A stretch of 64,000 nt of DNA from Patescibacteria group bacterium (GCA_040879165.1 JBBDKV010000017.1:23739-87738), one strand, 5' to 3'; positions 28,250 to 38,548 are shown, counted from the stretch's first letter. Program-made: numbers and translations. The notes: generated from the letters alone by a model not told the origin.

Positions 28250-29305
28250 TTAAAAATAATTATTCACCGCAAAATGATACTGATCTAAAAACAACCTTTT
28301 TAGATGATACATATTATTAGTTTCATAAAAAATTATGAGCGCTTGCTTATATTCGTTTTCATTTATGCTTCTATATGAAAGTGGAAAGTGGTCATATGCT
28401 AAAAGTACGGCATTTGAAAGCATTCTGGCTGTTCGTTTATTGCCATCAGCAAATGGTTGAATATAAGTCATTAGAGCAGAGACAATCAGAGCCTTTTCAA
28501 GAGGATGAGCTGTCTTATTGACCAAATTAATCATCTTCTTAACCGCCTCTTTTAGCTCCCAAGCATGTGACAATGGTTTGTATGTGGTGCCAGTTATCCC
28601 CACTGCCTGTTTTCTAATACCACTTGTTATTGGCAAGTTTTTGGTTAACACACCATGAAGTTCCAGTACGTCCTTGGTTTGAAGTTTCTTAAAGCTCGTT
28701 CGATGCTCAATGAGTGTTTTACATGCATCTTTGTGATTTAAAATCATGTCTGCTTCTTCTCTGCTTTTACCTTTTGCCTCAATGCCTTGTTTAATCAGGC
28801 TCTCTGTTTCAAGCAAGCTATAGGTATTTCCTTCAATTTTCGAAGATTTCCAAGAAAGCTCAATCACATAACGCTCTAGCTCTCTCTCAAGAATAGTGGG
28901 GTCAAGTTTTTTCGTAGATTTGTCAAAAGAACGAAATGTTTTGTCCAAAGCACTTTGCTCTGGACTTTCTAGTAATCCTGGAAGCAATTCGAAAACTCCA
29001 GCATCAAACACGGTTTTAGCTAGCTTTCTATTATCAGGCTCTATAGAAAAATATTGCTTGAGATCAACATATGCAAGAAGTGGGTGTGTCGAAGCTGTAT
29101 TATATGCTGTACTTGGACCACTACCAATAGAAATGATGAGTCCTTTTTTAACCAAGTATTTGAGATCTCTTGCGAGGGTGGCTTTGGAAGATTGAAAAGC
29201 CTCCGGTAGCCTGGCTGAAAGCCTTTCTCTAGAAATACTCTTGGTCTTGGCAATAGTATTTACTATTTCTTTCTGCCTAGTGTTCAGTTTTATCGTCTCA
29301 TTCAT
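28250..29305 (-). CDS. Fic/DOC family protein with an N-terminal wHTH and a degenerate Fic motif
   Basis: The motif region reads QPFADGNKRTARML, against the canonical HPFx(D/E)GNGRxxR. The catalytic His is replaced by Gln, and the second Gly by Lys. Confidence 0.7.
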   Translation of the reverse strand: MNETIKLNTRQKEIVNTIAKTKSISRERLSARLPEAFQSSKATLARDLKYLVKKGLIISIGSGPSTAYNTASTHPLLAYVDLKQYFSIEPDNRKLAKTVFDAGVFELLPGLLESPEQSALDKTFRSFDKSTKKLDPTILERELERYVIELSWKSSKIEGNTYSLLETESLIKQGIEAKGKSREEADMILNHKDACKTLIEHRTSFKKLQTKDVLELHGVLTKNLPITSGIRKQAVGITGTTYKPLSHAWELKEAVKKMINLVNKTAHPLEKALIVSALMTYIQPFADGNKRTARMLSNAVLLAYDHFPLSYRSINENEYKQALIIFYETNNMYHLKRLFLDQYHFAVNNYF

Positions 29306-29424
29306 GAGCTCTTATCGTCTCATAATGAGTCGATTTTTACAATCAGTATCATTTCTTGAGGTTTGGCTATAGGAATTTGCGTGACAACTCCGGAGGTAAG
29401 AAGAAAGATGCTATTAATCACTCG

Positions 29425-29787
29425 CTATTTTCGCAAAATCTTCTCCATCGCCCTCCCATTTGCCAACTCATCAACCAGCTTGTCCAGATATCTGACCTGT
29501 TTGGTTAGGGGACTATCAATTTCTTCGATGCGATAACCACAGATTGTGCCCGTAATCTGCTCAGCATTGGGATGCAGTGTTGCTTTTTGGAAAAATTCCT
29601 CAAAAGTAGCGTCCGCATCAATCAGCTTTTGCTGTTGCTTTTCATCAAACCCAGTCAGCCACTCAATAACCTGATGCAATTCTTTTTTTGTTCTGCCTTT
29701 TCTCTCAACTTTTGTGACGTAGTGGGGATAGACTTCTGCAAAGGTCATTTTTGCCATGCGCTCGTCGTGTTTTGGGGTGGTTTTCAT
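29425..29787 (-). CDS. DUF2200-family protein
   Basis: 120 aa. MAKMTFAEVYPHYVTKVERKGRTKKELHQVIEWLTGF resembles DUF2200. From memory. Confidence 0.45.
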   Translation of the reverse strand: MKTTPKHDERMAKMTFAEVYPHYVTKVERKGRTKKELHQVIEWLTGFDEKQQQKLIDADATFEEFFQKATLHPNAEQITGTICGYRIEEIDSPLTKQVRYLDKLVDELANGRAMEKILRK

Positions 29788-29789
29788 AG

Positions 29790-30248
29790 TTATTTCTCCT
29801 CATGAAAATTAATCATCCAACAGACTCCAAACTTGTCTTTGAAACTGCCATAGTAGTCACCCCAGAACTGATCGGCCATCGGCATTTCTACTTCGCCACC
29901 CTCGGACAATGCTGCGAAAAGCCTGTCTGCTTCTGCTTTTGAATCAGGGTGAACCGAGATGTAATTATTGTTTCCCATAGTGACTGGTTTGCCCATGGAC
30001 TTAGTGACGTCATTCGCCATTAAGTACTGCCCATCACCAAGAGGTATTGAAACATGCATAATCAAGTCTTTTTCATCTTCTGCTACTTCGTTGTTCTCAT
30101 CATCGGCCGGCATCTCGCCAAAAGTCATTGTCGAATCCATTTTGACTCCAAATGCTTGTTCGTAAAATTCAAAGGCTTGTCGGGCATTTCCATTAAAGTT
30201 GAGATATGGGTTGAGCTTCATAGTTTCCTTTTTTGTGAGCACTACCAA
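29790..30248 (-). CDS. VOC (glyoxalase/bleomycin resistance/PhnB-like) family protein
   Basis: LNPYLNFNGNARQAFEFYEQAFG at the N-terminus is typical of PhnB-like VOC proteins. Confidence 0.6.
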   Translation of the reverse strand: MVVLTKKETMKLNPYLNFNGNARQAFEFYEQAFGVKMDSTMTFGEMPADDENNEVAEDEKDLIMHVSIPLGDGQYLMANDVTKSMGKPVTMGNNNYISVHPDSKAEADRLFAALSEGGEVEMPMADQFWGDYYGSFKDKFGVCWMINFHEEK

Positions 30249-30342
30249 GTAGCATTTTATACTTTGCCTTGAATTTTTTCTAGAGATACCTCATTTGTTA
30301 ATTCAGGCAAGATTTTACACAGCATCATATTTTGATCAGTGC

Positions 30343-31086
30343 CTACGTAATTTGTATCCTCCTTGTGGCGTGCTTAATAATCCACTGTGTGTTTGTATTG
30401 TCGGAAGTACGGTGTTTTTTAATGAATGCAACGGCGAGTGGCTTATTTACCTTCAGATAATCAGTCAAGTTGTTTGCTACAGATTTTTGGACAAATTTCA
30501 CATCATCTGCTAATAAGTTTGCGAGTATTGCAAAAACAGGTTCTGGCTCATCGATAAAAACATCAAGTTTTGTCGCCCAAGGTAGCTTTGGCCTACAACC
30601 TTCAGAAGCCAATCTGCGCAGATGAAAGTTTTTAGATTTTGACCATTTTTGCATGACTGTAATAGTCTTTTGAGGATACGTTTTTAGAAACGGTCGAATT
30701 GCATACTCACCAGTATTTCTTTTGGTTATTTCTTCAATAGCATGAATTGAGATCTCAAAATGCTCCAGTCCGTATGTTTCTACAAATTTTCCTATTGGCA
30801 GTATCCAGTAATACTGAGTGAACATGCCTGTTTCATTTGGATTTTCTTTCCCAAGTATTGAAGTTACAATCTGCAGTGCTTCAGGATAGGGTTGGGGTAA
30901 AAACTCCCTCAACCTTTTAGCATGTAGCTCCACTCTTTTAGAGTAACTGAGATCTTTGCACTCCTTTTTGATAGACTTGATGTAGGATTCGCTATCAAAT
31001 TCTTTGTAAACACTGGTAATTTTTTCAGCCAGTAATTTTGCAAGATTATCACCAAACCACTGAGTGACACTGTTGTCTTTTTCCAT
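30343..31086 (-). CDS. DNA alkylation repair (AlkC/AlkD-like HEAT-repeat) protein
   Basis: 247 aa, helical repeat composition. The motif assignment is tentative. Confidence 0.4.
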   Translation of the reverse strand: MEKDNSVTQWFGDNLAKLLAEKITSVYKEFDSESYIKSIKKECKDLSYSKRVELHAKRLREFLPQPYPEALQIVTSILGKENPNETGMFTQYYWILPIGKFVETYGLEHFEISIHAIEEITKRNTGEYAIRPFLKTYPQKTITVMQKWSKSKNFHLRRLASEGCRPKLPWATKLDVFIDEPEPVFAILANLLADDVKFVQKSVANNLTDYLKVNKPLAVAFIKKHRTSDNTNTQWIIKHATRRIQIT

Positions 31087-31145
31087 ATATTCACTTTTTT
31101 AAAATTATAGCAGTCCAACTTGCTTTGTTCAGCTCGTTTCGTTCC

Positions 31146-31676
31146 TTAAAGAGCCACTAATTTCTGAATGGTGTTCCAGTTTCTTGTAGTCAAATTTTTT
31201 CCAAAACGCTTTTCTAACACGTCCATTGCTTTTGGAGTCTTTGCTTTTGACAGGTCTAGCACACTTAAAATTATATTATTTTTGACAGCAATTATTTGGT
31301 AGGCCTTGTCTTCTGTAGCATACGGAACTTCTAGCTCAGCCTGAGGGGTTTCTTTTAACAAAGAAGCATAGAGCCTGTGATCTGTATGCATATTGATGTG
31401 CTTGAAGGGATTTTGTTCAACCAACTCAGCTATCTCCTGCTGTGTTCTCAAAATCACAGGTATTGGAAATCCAAATGATTTGGAAAGAAAATCTTCTAGC
31501 TTGTTTTCTAAATCCTGCAGGTCCGAGCGCTTTGTTTCAAAAACAATATTTCCTGAATTTAGCAATGTTCTGACGTCTTCGCAACCTAGTTCATTGAGTT
31601 TGTCACGAAGCTCCGCCATCGGCACCTTGTGATGCCCTCCTACATTTATGCCGCGCAAAAAGCCGAGTGCTGTCAT
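31146..31676 (-). CDS. DUF1697 family protein
   Basis: LGFLRGINVGGHHKVPMAELRDKL matches the DUF1697 N-terminal signature. Confidence 0.6.
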   Translation of the reverse strand: MTALGFLRGINVGGHHKVPMAELRDKLNELGCEDVRTLLNSGNIVFETKRSDLQDLENKLEDFLSKSFGFPIPVILRTQQEIAELVEQNPFKHINMHTDHRLYASLLKETPQAELEVPYATEDKAYQIIAVKNNIILSVLDLSKAKTPKAMDVLEKRFGKNLTTRNWNTIQKLVAL

Positions 31677-31679
31677 TTT

Positions 31680-31982
31680 CTATCCTTTTTTAGTATTTTT
31701 TTGAAAATCTAAATGTGCTTCTTGTAATTTCTTCTTAAAAATCGGCATAGATGATGGACCTATACCGTGCATATCAAGAATCTCTTTTTCTGTGTAATTT
31801 GAAAGGTGTTTGATGGTTTTTATTTCTGCGTGCTCCAAAGCCCGCCGCACTGGTGAACCCAACTCCGCCCAAATACTTTCTTTGGTCTTTTCTTTCTCAC
31901 AAGCAGGACATGTCAAGCAATCGCTTGATTTGTAAAATATGTGTCCTTTTGGGCAGGTTTTCTTTCGAGGTGTTTTTTTCAT
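31680..31982 (-). CDS. Hypothetical zinc-ribbon protein
   Basis: CPKGH...CLTCPAC gives a Cys4-type arrangement. 100 aa. Confidence 0.35.
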   Translation of the reverse strand: MKKTPRKKTCPKGHIFYKSSDCLTCPACEKEKTKESIWAELGSPVRRALEHAEIKTIKHLSNYTEKEILDMHGIGPSSMPIFKKKLQEAHLDFQKNTKKG

Positions 31983-31984
31983 AG

Positions 31985-32326
31985 TTATTCTTTTACTTGT
32001 TTTAGCAAATCGGTGAGCGCTGATTCATCTATGTCTTGAGTGTCTTCTATGATAACAAATCGAATAAACTTTCCTTTTCCTTGTAAGAGCTTCTTTGGAT
32101 CATCGAGAGAACTGCCATTATAAAATCCAAGTTGAATGTAGTCTGACTCTGTGTGAATGTATGCTCTAGGTTTTTCCTCAAATATCCAACATCCTTGTCC
32201 CCATTTAACAGATTTTTCAAAATGAGGAGCGATTTTTTTAATCAAGCTTTCAAGTGCACTGATTAACTTTTTATTATCCTCAGATTGATCGTTTTTCCAG
32301 TCGGAAAAGGATTCATAGGCTTTCAT
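31985..32326 (-). CDS. DUF1801 (YdhG-like) domain protein
   Basis: 113 aa. SVKWGQGCWIFEEKPRAYIH resembles DUF1801. Confidence 0.5.
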   Translation of the reverse strand: MKAYESFSDWKNDQSEDNKKLISALESLIKKIAPHFEKSVKWGQGCWIFEEKPRAYIHTESDYIQLGFYNGSSLDDPKKLLQGKGKFIRFVIIEDTQDIDESALTDLLKQVKE

Positions 32327-32344
32327 TTTTTGCGTTTTTTAAAA

Positions 32345-33535
32345 TTATTTCTTAGTTATATCATAATCCGGCAGGTCGATATTGTCTCTCAAAGAACGAT
32401 CAATAACCACCTGCCTGAGAGGAGAAAATGACAAAGACTGCATTATAATGTTTCTAGCTTTTTGACCAAAGGTAGTTTTGGGTGCAAAAAAACCTCCAAA
32501 TATTTCTGCTCCTTTTTGTTTTTCCTTGATAAAATCTCGTAATCTTTTTTCATAATTTTCAAATGCTTTTTGGTGATCACCATTTGCGGCTTTTAGTTCT
32601 CCAGCCAAAACATAAGCCTGAGTCATTGCCAAACCTGTTCCTTCACCCGCAAGCAGTGAGGCGCAGCTGGCGGCATCACCAATTAAGGCAACACGACCTT
32701 TTGTCCAGCAATCGAGGTGAATTTGGCTAACACTATCAAAATAAATATCCTCAACTTCATTCATTCGTTCTAATATTTTTGGAGTTTCCCAACTCATGTC
32801 TCCAAAAACTTGTAAAAGAGCTTCTTTTTCTTCCGTTTCCGTTTCGGGTTCTTTTTCAGCAAGTTCTGAGCGAAATACAAATATAAAAAGTGTATTACCG
32901 TTTCTCATAGAAAAACGAGAAACTGACTTTTTGACCGGTGCATGCATGATGTACGTCAGTTCATTTCGTGGCTTGTAGTTAGGGAGCTCAAAGGCAGCAA
33001 CACGATATCCTAAGTGTTTTTCAAATTTTTCTTCCGGACCAAAGACGATTTTTCTTATTTCCGAATGTAAACCGTCTGCGCCAATTACCAAGTCAAACCT
33101 CTCTTTTGAACCATCTGAAAGTTTCGCGATAACACCGCTATCGTCCTGAGTAATTCCCACAATAGAAGTATCAAATCGTGTATCTACATCACTACACGCA
33201 TGATAAATAGTGGCAGCCAAATCGCTTCTGGCAATCGAAAGAAACCGATTGTTTATTGATTTTGCTATGGTGCTCATATCAACTCCGGCCTTCGTTTCCC
33301 CTTTGTCATTTACTATTTGTAGCTGACGAAACATATAAACCTTCTTTTTCAATTAATGTAAAATCCCCATTTTCTCGGCAATATCATACCCAACACCCCA
33401 AAAATCAATAATGTAACCGCCTGTACGCAATTCAGGAGCCTTTTCAAATAAGACAGGCTGATATCCATATTTTTTTAACCAATATGCAAGTGTTGGACCG
33501 GCAACACCAGCTCCGTTTATAGCTATTTTTCTCAT
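32345..33535 (-). pseudogene. FAD-dependent monooxygenase (UbiH/salicylate-hydroxylase-like) interrupted by an in-frame TAA
   Basis: The 60-aa N-terminal ORF has the FAD-binding GxGxxG (IAINGAGVAGPTLAYWL). The 335-aa ORF carries the remaining domain (DGLHSEIR, GDAASCASLLAGEGTGLA). Both are in the same frame, separated by one TAA at 33353-33355. Confidence 0.65.
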
Positions 33536-33538
33536 AGT

Positions 33539-34099
33539 TTATTTTCTTAAATTTCTAATGGCATCAACAAGCTCTGGTAACCCATTGGTAAACGCGTGAG
33601 AGTCGCCATTAAGCGCATGTAACTTTGCTTGAGGAAGTGCTTTTTTGTACACATGTGCGTGATTAAACGGGACAATCGGATCATCTTGGCAATGGAATAA
33701 TTGCATCGACGGTATCTCGGGAAGCTTTTCTGCGAAATTCTTTGCCAGTTTGTATTCCTCAACATTCCAGTCTTCCTCGCCCCAGTAGGGAGCAGCAATT
33801 AAAAAGAGACCGGCAATTTTGATGTCAGAATTACGCTCGGAAAGATATTTTAGAAGAGAAGAACCTCCCAAAGAATGTCCGATGAGTACGCACTCGTCAT
33901 TGCCTCGTTCTCTAAATGCTTTACTCAGCAGGGATTGCCACATCTCGTCTGTAGGTGCTTCTGGATCTTCCAGTATTGGATAGTGTATCTCAAATTCTTC
34001 TCCCAGCTCGGCACGCAAATACGCAACGAGGTCATAGCTTCCTTTTCCTGGGCCGTCTTGTGCACCAGCGCTGTGAGCAAATATAATGTGTTTTTTCAT
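33539..34099 (-). CDS. Alpha/beta hydrolase (YdeN/RBBP9-like serine hydrolase)
   Basis: 186 aa with GHSLGG nucleophile elbow. Confidence 0.6.
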   Translation of the reverse strand: MKKHIIFAHSAGAQDGPGKGSYDLVAYLRAELGEEFEIHYPILEDPEAPTDEMWQSLLSKAFRERGNDECVLIGHSLGGSSLLKYLSERNSDIKIAGLFLIAAPYWGEEDWNVEEYKLAKNFAEKLPEIPSMQLFHCQDDPIVPFNHAHVYKKALPQAKLHALNGDSHAFTNGLPELVDAIRNLRK

Positions 34100-34117
34100 A
34101 TTATTTTCCTAGATTTT

Positions 34118-34636
34118 TCATGGCTTCCAATAGTGTGGCATGGATATACTGCATTTCTTCGCTGGGCTCCCATGATGCATCGTCATCACCTTCATCCGTG
34201 TTCCATTCAGCTTCACCTTCGGTCTGGGGTTATGTTTGAACACCCACCAAAGGTTATTCCACGGGTCAGTAAAGCGAGAAAACACATCTCCATAAAAATC
34301 AGTGGGCTCGGTAACAATCTTTGCTCCCAATTTTTTAGCTCGCTTAAGCGTGCCGTCGACATCATCGACATATACCCTTAGCAAACTAGGCGTGAATGGC
34401 CTTCCTGGCTTAGTATCGCCCACCATTACGATTGAGTCTCCGATTGCAAGTTCTGAATGGATGAGTAATCCATCATTGTCAACTGTATGGGCTGCGGGGT
34501 CTTCGGTGGCACCAAATACTTCCTGCAAAAATTCTATCAGTTTAGAAGCGTCTTTGGTGATAATGAACGAGTTAGCGGTATTATGACCTTTTGGTATGTT
34601 TGGTTTTTTCATACTATTTTCCATTGTAAGCTTCAT
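34118..34636 (-). CDS. VOC family protein
   Basis: VOC-like core (FIITKDASKLIEFLQEVFGA...HSELAIGDSIVMVGD). The C-terminal tail may reflect a frameshift. Confidence 0.45.
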   Translation of the reverse strand: MKLTMENSMKKPNIPKGHNTANSFIITKDASKLIEFLQEVFGATEDPAAHTVDNDGLLIHSELAIGDSIVMVGDTKPGRPFTPSLLRVYVDDVDGTLKRAKKLGAKIVTEPTDFYGDVFSRFTDPWNNLWWVFKHNPRPKVKLNGTRMKVMTMHHGSPAKKCSISMPHYWKP

Positions 34637-35528
34637 TTAACTTAACAATATCAAACTTCTTCATCTTAATAAACGCTTCTGTTACTCTATCAATTTTTTC
34701 TTGATCACCACACGTCATCATTTCATTCATTATAGATGGAACGATTTGCCACGACACCCCGTATTTATCTTTCAACCATCCACATTGTTCAGATTCAGGA
34801 GCTGCAGAAAGCTTCTCCCAGTAGTAATCAATCTCTTCTTGAGTGTCGCAATGTACAACTAGAGAAATACCTTCATCGAAAGCAAATTTGTGCATATCAC
34901 TACTTGCGTCGGTTGCAGTAAACCGCTGACTTTCCAAAGTAAAATCAGTAAACATAATCGACCCTTCCTTACCACCCTCTGCTTCAGCACCCGCCGGATA
35001 ACGAGCAACAATCCCTCGCTTCGAATTCTTAAATACTGAGAGATAAAAATCGGTTGCCTCTTCTGCCTTGTCACAACCTTCTGTTACAAAGAGGAAAGAA
35101 GGAATGACAGCTGGACGATCTTCGCCATCAGGGTCGGTTAAAATAAGTTGCCACGATACTCCATACTTATCTTGAATCCAGCCATACTTCTTACTGAATG
35201 GATACTCACCAAGTTCCATTGCTACCATTCCGCCATCACTAAGTTTTTTCCAAATCTCATCTAACTCTTCTTCGGCATTATCCATTTTAGATGGATCAAA
35301 ATTAACCATAAATGAAATGGATGGGTTTGGCTTGAAATCAGGCCCTGCACTAATGGCCATAAAGTCTTGACCCATGACATTGAAAGTCATGATTTCACAG
35401 TCACCGGAAGGAGTGTTGTTTAAAATGGTACTACTGCTTACTTTTGAATTTGGAAAGACAGAAGCGTAAAATTCCGCGGCTTCTTTTGCTTGTGTATCAA
35501 ACCAAATATGGGGGATTATTTTTTGCAT
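34614..35528 (-). CDS. Tandem PhnB-like VOC-domain protein (3-demethylubiquinone-9 3-methyltransferase-like fold)
   Basis: Two repeats each start with the PhnB-like signature (IIPHIWFDTQAKEAAEFYASVF and the second-half equivalent). Confidence 0.55.
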   Translation of the reverse strand: MQKIIPHIWFDTQAKEAAEFYASVFPNSKVSSSTILNNTPSGDCEIMTFNVMGQDFMAISAGPDFKPNPSISFMVNFDPSKMDNAEEELDEIWKKLSDGGMVAMELGEYPFSKKYGWIQDKYGVSWQLILTDPDGEDRPAVIPSFLFVTEGCDKAEEATDFYLSVFKNSKRGIVARYPAGAEAEGGKEGSIMFTDFTLESQRFTATDASSDMHKFAFDEGISLVVHCDTQEEIDYYWEKLSAAPESEQCGWLKDKYGVSWQIVPSIMNEMMTCGDQEKIDRVTEAFIKMKKFDIVKLNEAYNGK

Positions 35529-35546
35529 GTTTTTATTCTTAGTGAT

Positions 35547-36044
35547 TTATAATTTTAGTAACTCCTCAAGCTGCGTAAGACCGGTATCAAATCCTTCCTT
35601 CATTCCCATCTTCACCAAGGTTTCAAGATCTGCCGCGCTCTTGAGCGTTAGAACGACTTTGAGATTAGTCACATCACCGTCCTGAGTAAAAAGTACCTCC
35701 CATTCTGTAGATGGCATATCACTTTTAATATTCCAATATTCATCAGCAAACGAGTCAGAGCACGTAAATGAATCTTGCGGATCGATCGTGTGAAACTCAT
35801 TTACACAATAATGGGCGACTTCTTCAGGACCAGACATTACATATCGCCACTGACCGCCTGGTTGAAAGTCAAAGCTATGAGTAATGGCCTTGTAGGGCAG
35901 GGGTCCCCACCACTTATCCAGTAATTCGGCGGTGGTGTAGTACTTCCAGACCTTGCTCTTTGGTGCATTAAAACTGCGCTCCGCGATGAGCTGGTTTTTT
36001 GCTGCATCTTCTGTGTACTTTGTTTTCATACAAACTTTCATCAT
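35547..36044 (-). CDS. SRPBCC domain protein (AHSA1-like)
   Basis: SFNAPKSKVWKYYTTAELLDKWWGP is typical of the AHSA1/SRPBCC family, often paired with ArsR. Confidence 0.6.
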   Translation of the reverse strand: MMKVCMKTKYTEDAAKNQLIAERSFNAPKSKVWKYYTTAELLDKWWGPLPYKAITHSFDFQPGGQWRYVMSGPEEVAHYCVNEFHTIDPQDSFTCSDSFADEYWNIKSDMPSTEWEVLFTQDGDVTNLKVVLTLKSAADLETLVKMGMKEGFDTGLTQLEELLKL

Positions 36045-36050
36045 TACTTA

Positions 36051-36368
36051 TTACTTTTCAAGTAACGCATCCAGGGCATCAAATCGAGCAGACCAAGCAG
36101 TTTTCATCTGCCGCACCCACTCCTCAAGCTCGTCAAATGCGCGTGCGTTGAGCGTGTACAACCGCCTGCGCGCCTGCCGCTCCATCTGTATCACCCGTGC
36201 CTCTCTCAAAATTTTCAGATGCTGGGAAATAGCTGCGGGAGAAATTTCAAATTGATTGGAAATGTCAGTGGCGGACATCTGACCACGGTCTGCCAGCAAC
36301 TCAACGATCTTTCTGCGTCGTGGTTCCGCTAAGGAGGAGAAAAGCAAGTTTGAAGAGTTTTGAAGCAT
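36051..36368 (-). CDS. ArsR/SmtB family transcriptional regulator
   Basis: RRRKIVELLADRGQMSATDISNQFEISPAAISQHLKILREARVI is an HTH_5 domain. Confidence 0.8.
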   Translation of the reverse strand: MLQNSSNLLFSSLAEPRRRKIVELLADRGQMSATDISNQFEISPAAISQHLKILREARVIQMERQARRRLYTLNARAFDELEEWVRQMKTAWSARFDALDALLEK

Positions 36369-36556
36369 GACTGCATGTTACTGGAAGATGATATTTAAGT
36401 CAATGCTTAAATAAGACACATATGCGAAATTAGAGCAGTAGTCAATTTTTATGAAGATATTAAGAAATGAATGAGTGTAGGTACTCACTTCAAATCAATT
36501 TCACCTATTGGATCAAAACGGTACTAGATTAATGTTGAAGCCTCCTAATTTTGATA

Positions 36557-37021
36557 TTAGGCATATGGCTGATTTCTACCAATTTCAAAATATGTTTCAC
36601 AAAAATCTGATGATTTTTCTACAAACTTGAGCGAATCACTTACATAATCAATCACATTATTTGGGAGATCGCTAATGTTAAACCACTTCAATTCAGAACA
36701 TTTTCCTGGTTCATTATTGCGGATTTTTCCCTTCCAGTTACTGATTTCAAAATAAAAATCCAGCGTTTCTCTATCAATAGAAAATCTATCAAACACGCCA
36801 ACAAAATTTAGACTGTCTTCTGAAATAGTAATACCAAGTTCTTCCCAAGCCTCTCTGACAGCAGCATTTCTGACCGATTCATGAACTTCTTTATGACCCG
36901 CCGGAAGACCAAATTGACCATCTCTATGTCTCGTATTCTGGCGTTTCAAAAACAACACTTTATTATCTCTACGAAAAATGAGGAAAACAACCACATGTAG
37001 TTTAAAAGAGTGCTCAGTCAT
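36557..37021 (-). CDS. NUDIX hydrolase
   Basis: Nudix box GLPAGHKEVHESVRNAAVREAWEELGI (GX5EX7REUXEEXGU). Confidence 0.8.
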   Translation of the reverse strand: MTEHSFKLHVVVFLIFRRDNKVLFLKRQNTRHRDGQFGLPAGHKEVHESVRNAAVREAWEELGITISEDSLNFVGVFDRFSIDRETLDFYFEISNWKGKIRNNEPGKCSELKWFNISDLPNNVIDYVSDSLKFVEKSSDFCETYFEIGRNQPYA

Positions 37022-37023
37022 AG

Positions 37024-37686
37024 TTAGAATTTAGCAAATTTTTGCATCAAAATGCGTGACACACTTGTTGTTAGAATGTCTCTATCTAAAACTCCAATCT
37101 GGGAAAGCAAATGTCTCGTGTCATTCTTTGCTTTGTCAACATTTATGTCATCTACTAATTGCTCCACCTCAATGACTGTACCAAAGTCGGGTATTTCATC
37201 AAAAACTATCGTGTACTCTCCCAACTCATAAGTCTGCCTATCTTTGAGAATTGAAAAGAAGCATTTGAATCCAATAATTTCAAGTATTTGGCAGATAGAT
37301 TCCCATGACTGAATACTACTCTCAATTTCTCTCCAGGAACTATGATCATTTTGCCTTGTTAACACTTTGGTGTTAATATTACTTTCCACACCAGAAGATT
37401 TGGTAATTCTCCTCACTCGTAATCCGTACGAACCAACTTTATTCATGGCAATTTCATCAAAAGATCTCACATTCTGTGGGCAGAAATGAGCGTCTTCAAT
37501 TCTTTGATCTAAGATTCGCTCAGCACCCAGTTGTTCCAAGTTTTCAATAACCGTTGTTAAGACGTCTCGAGAAATTAGAGCCCTGGTTTCAACTTCTATG
37601 GGGGCTACCAACTTTTCAGTTGTGCTTAAAGAGTGTTCTTTATTTTTCATAATCTTATCATCCATATTTAGCGTGTTGTATACCAC
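37024..37686 (-). CDS. CYTH-domain protein (class IV adenylyl cyclase/triphosphatase-like)
   Basis: N-terminal IEVETRA follows the ExExK-like pattern. GLRVRR is present. C-terminal FGTVIEVEQ resembles the CyaB/CYTH signature. Confidence 0.55.
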   Translation of the reverse strand: MVYNTLNMDDKIMKNKEHSLSTTEKLVAPIEVETRALISRDVLTTVIENLEQLGAERILDQRIEDAHFCPQNVRSFDEIAMNKVGSYGLRVRRITKSSGVESNINTKVLTRQNDHSSWREIESSIQSWESICQILEIIGFKCFFSILKDRQTYELGEYTIVFDEIPDFGTVIEVEQLVDDINVDKAKNDTRHLLSQIGVLDRDILTTSVSRILMQKFAKF

Positions 37687-38462
37687 TTTTTTGCAGGGAT
37701 TGTAAAAGTTACCTTGGCCTTGCTTGTTTCTCTAGACTCACTACCAATGATTTGAGCAGTTCTTTTCTTTGTTGATTCAAGAATAGCATTGAAGCGATCA
37801 TCATCTAAATTAATCGGAATGTCTGCTAGGTGTGCCGCACCATAATCTTGGTTTAGTTGTTTGTTTAAATCATCGGGCTTAGGCTTAGTTCTAACAGCAA
37901 TTTCTACTTGAGGAGCCTGTCTGGTTTTAGGCAAAAAATCAAATGGCCCAAATCCTACAAGCCAAGCCTCAGAGTCTTTACTAATTCGTAATCTCAACTC
38001 TAGTATAACAAACTCTCCAAATAATCGCTCTGCAGTAATTTTGACAATCTTTTTTTCGAATAATGACCGAATAGTGTCGCAAAGCTGTTCAACAGTATGG
38101 ATCTCTGGAAATATAAGACTTAAGTTTTGACACTTTGGGTTATCAATTGATGCTTGAAGCAGAGACGGTAAGTCATTGCTGTTCTCTCGAACAACCTCTG
38201 AGTCCCACCCAAGTTTATCTGCTTGTGCAGCAACGATTTGAGCGAATACACAGCCATTTTGACCTCTTATGTGCCAATGCCTCTGCACGTCCTTAACGAG
38301 TTGGTCATTGCTCCAGAGCTCGTGCGGATAACAAATCGTACCTTTTTTTATGAAATATGCTTCATAATCAATTCGAGCGGGAAACCTCAAGCCATTTATT
38401 TCAGTAGATTGTGAAATGGTATTGTTTATTTTAACTACACGTTCTTTACTCATATCAAACAT
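37668..38462 (-). CDS. Hypothetical protein, 264 aa, first gene of the unknown-CYTH-Nudix operon
   Basis: Overlaps the CYTH gene start by 19 nt. There is possible faint YqcI/YcgG-like similarity (GCVFAQ), not supported further. Confidence 0.4.
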   Translation of the reverse strand: MFDMSKERVVKINNTISQSTEINGLRFPARIDYEAYFIKKGTICYPHELWSNDQLVKDVQRHWHIRGQNGCVFAQIVAAQADKLGWDSEVVRENSNDLPSLLQASIDNPKCQNLSLIFPEIHTVEQLCDTIRSLFEKKIVKITAERLFGEFVILELRLRISKDSEAWLVGFGPFDFLPKTRQAPQVEIAVRTKPKPDDLNKQLNQDYGAAHLADIPINLDDDRFNAILESTKKRTAQIIGSESRETSKAKVTFTIPAKKWYTTR

Positions 38463-38493
38463 GATTAATAATTAGTACTATAGTTTATATTTT

Positions 38494-38540
38494 GATTTAG
38501 TCAACATCTCTTTGATATATTAGAAATTATTGGTAAAATC
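38494..38540 (+). promoter_or_regulatory. Putative sigma70-like promoter in the divergent intergenic region
   Basis: TTGATT-18nt-TATATT, and an extended -10-like TGGTAAAAT just upstream of ATG 38549. Confidence 0.25.
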
Positions 38541-38548
38541 TAGATATC

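Noticed and set aside
34200-34260. Odd C-terminal tail of the VOC protein 34118-34636, a possible frameshift
   Set aside because: I cannot verify this without alignment. The upstream VOC-like core is intact, so I call the whole ORF with reduced confidence.
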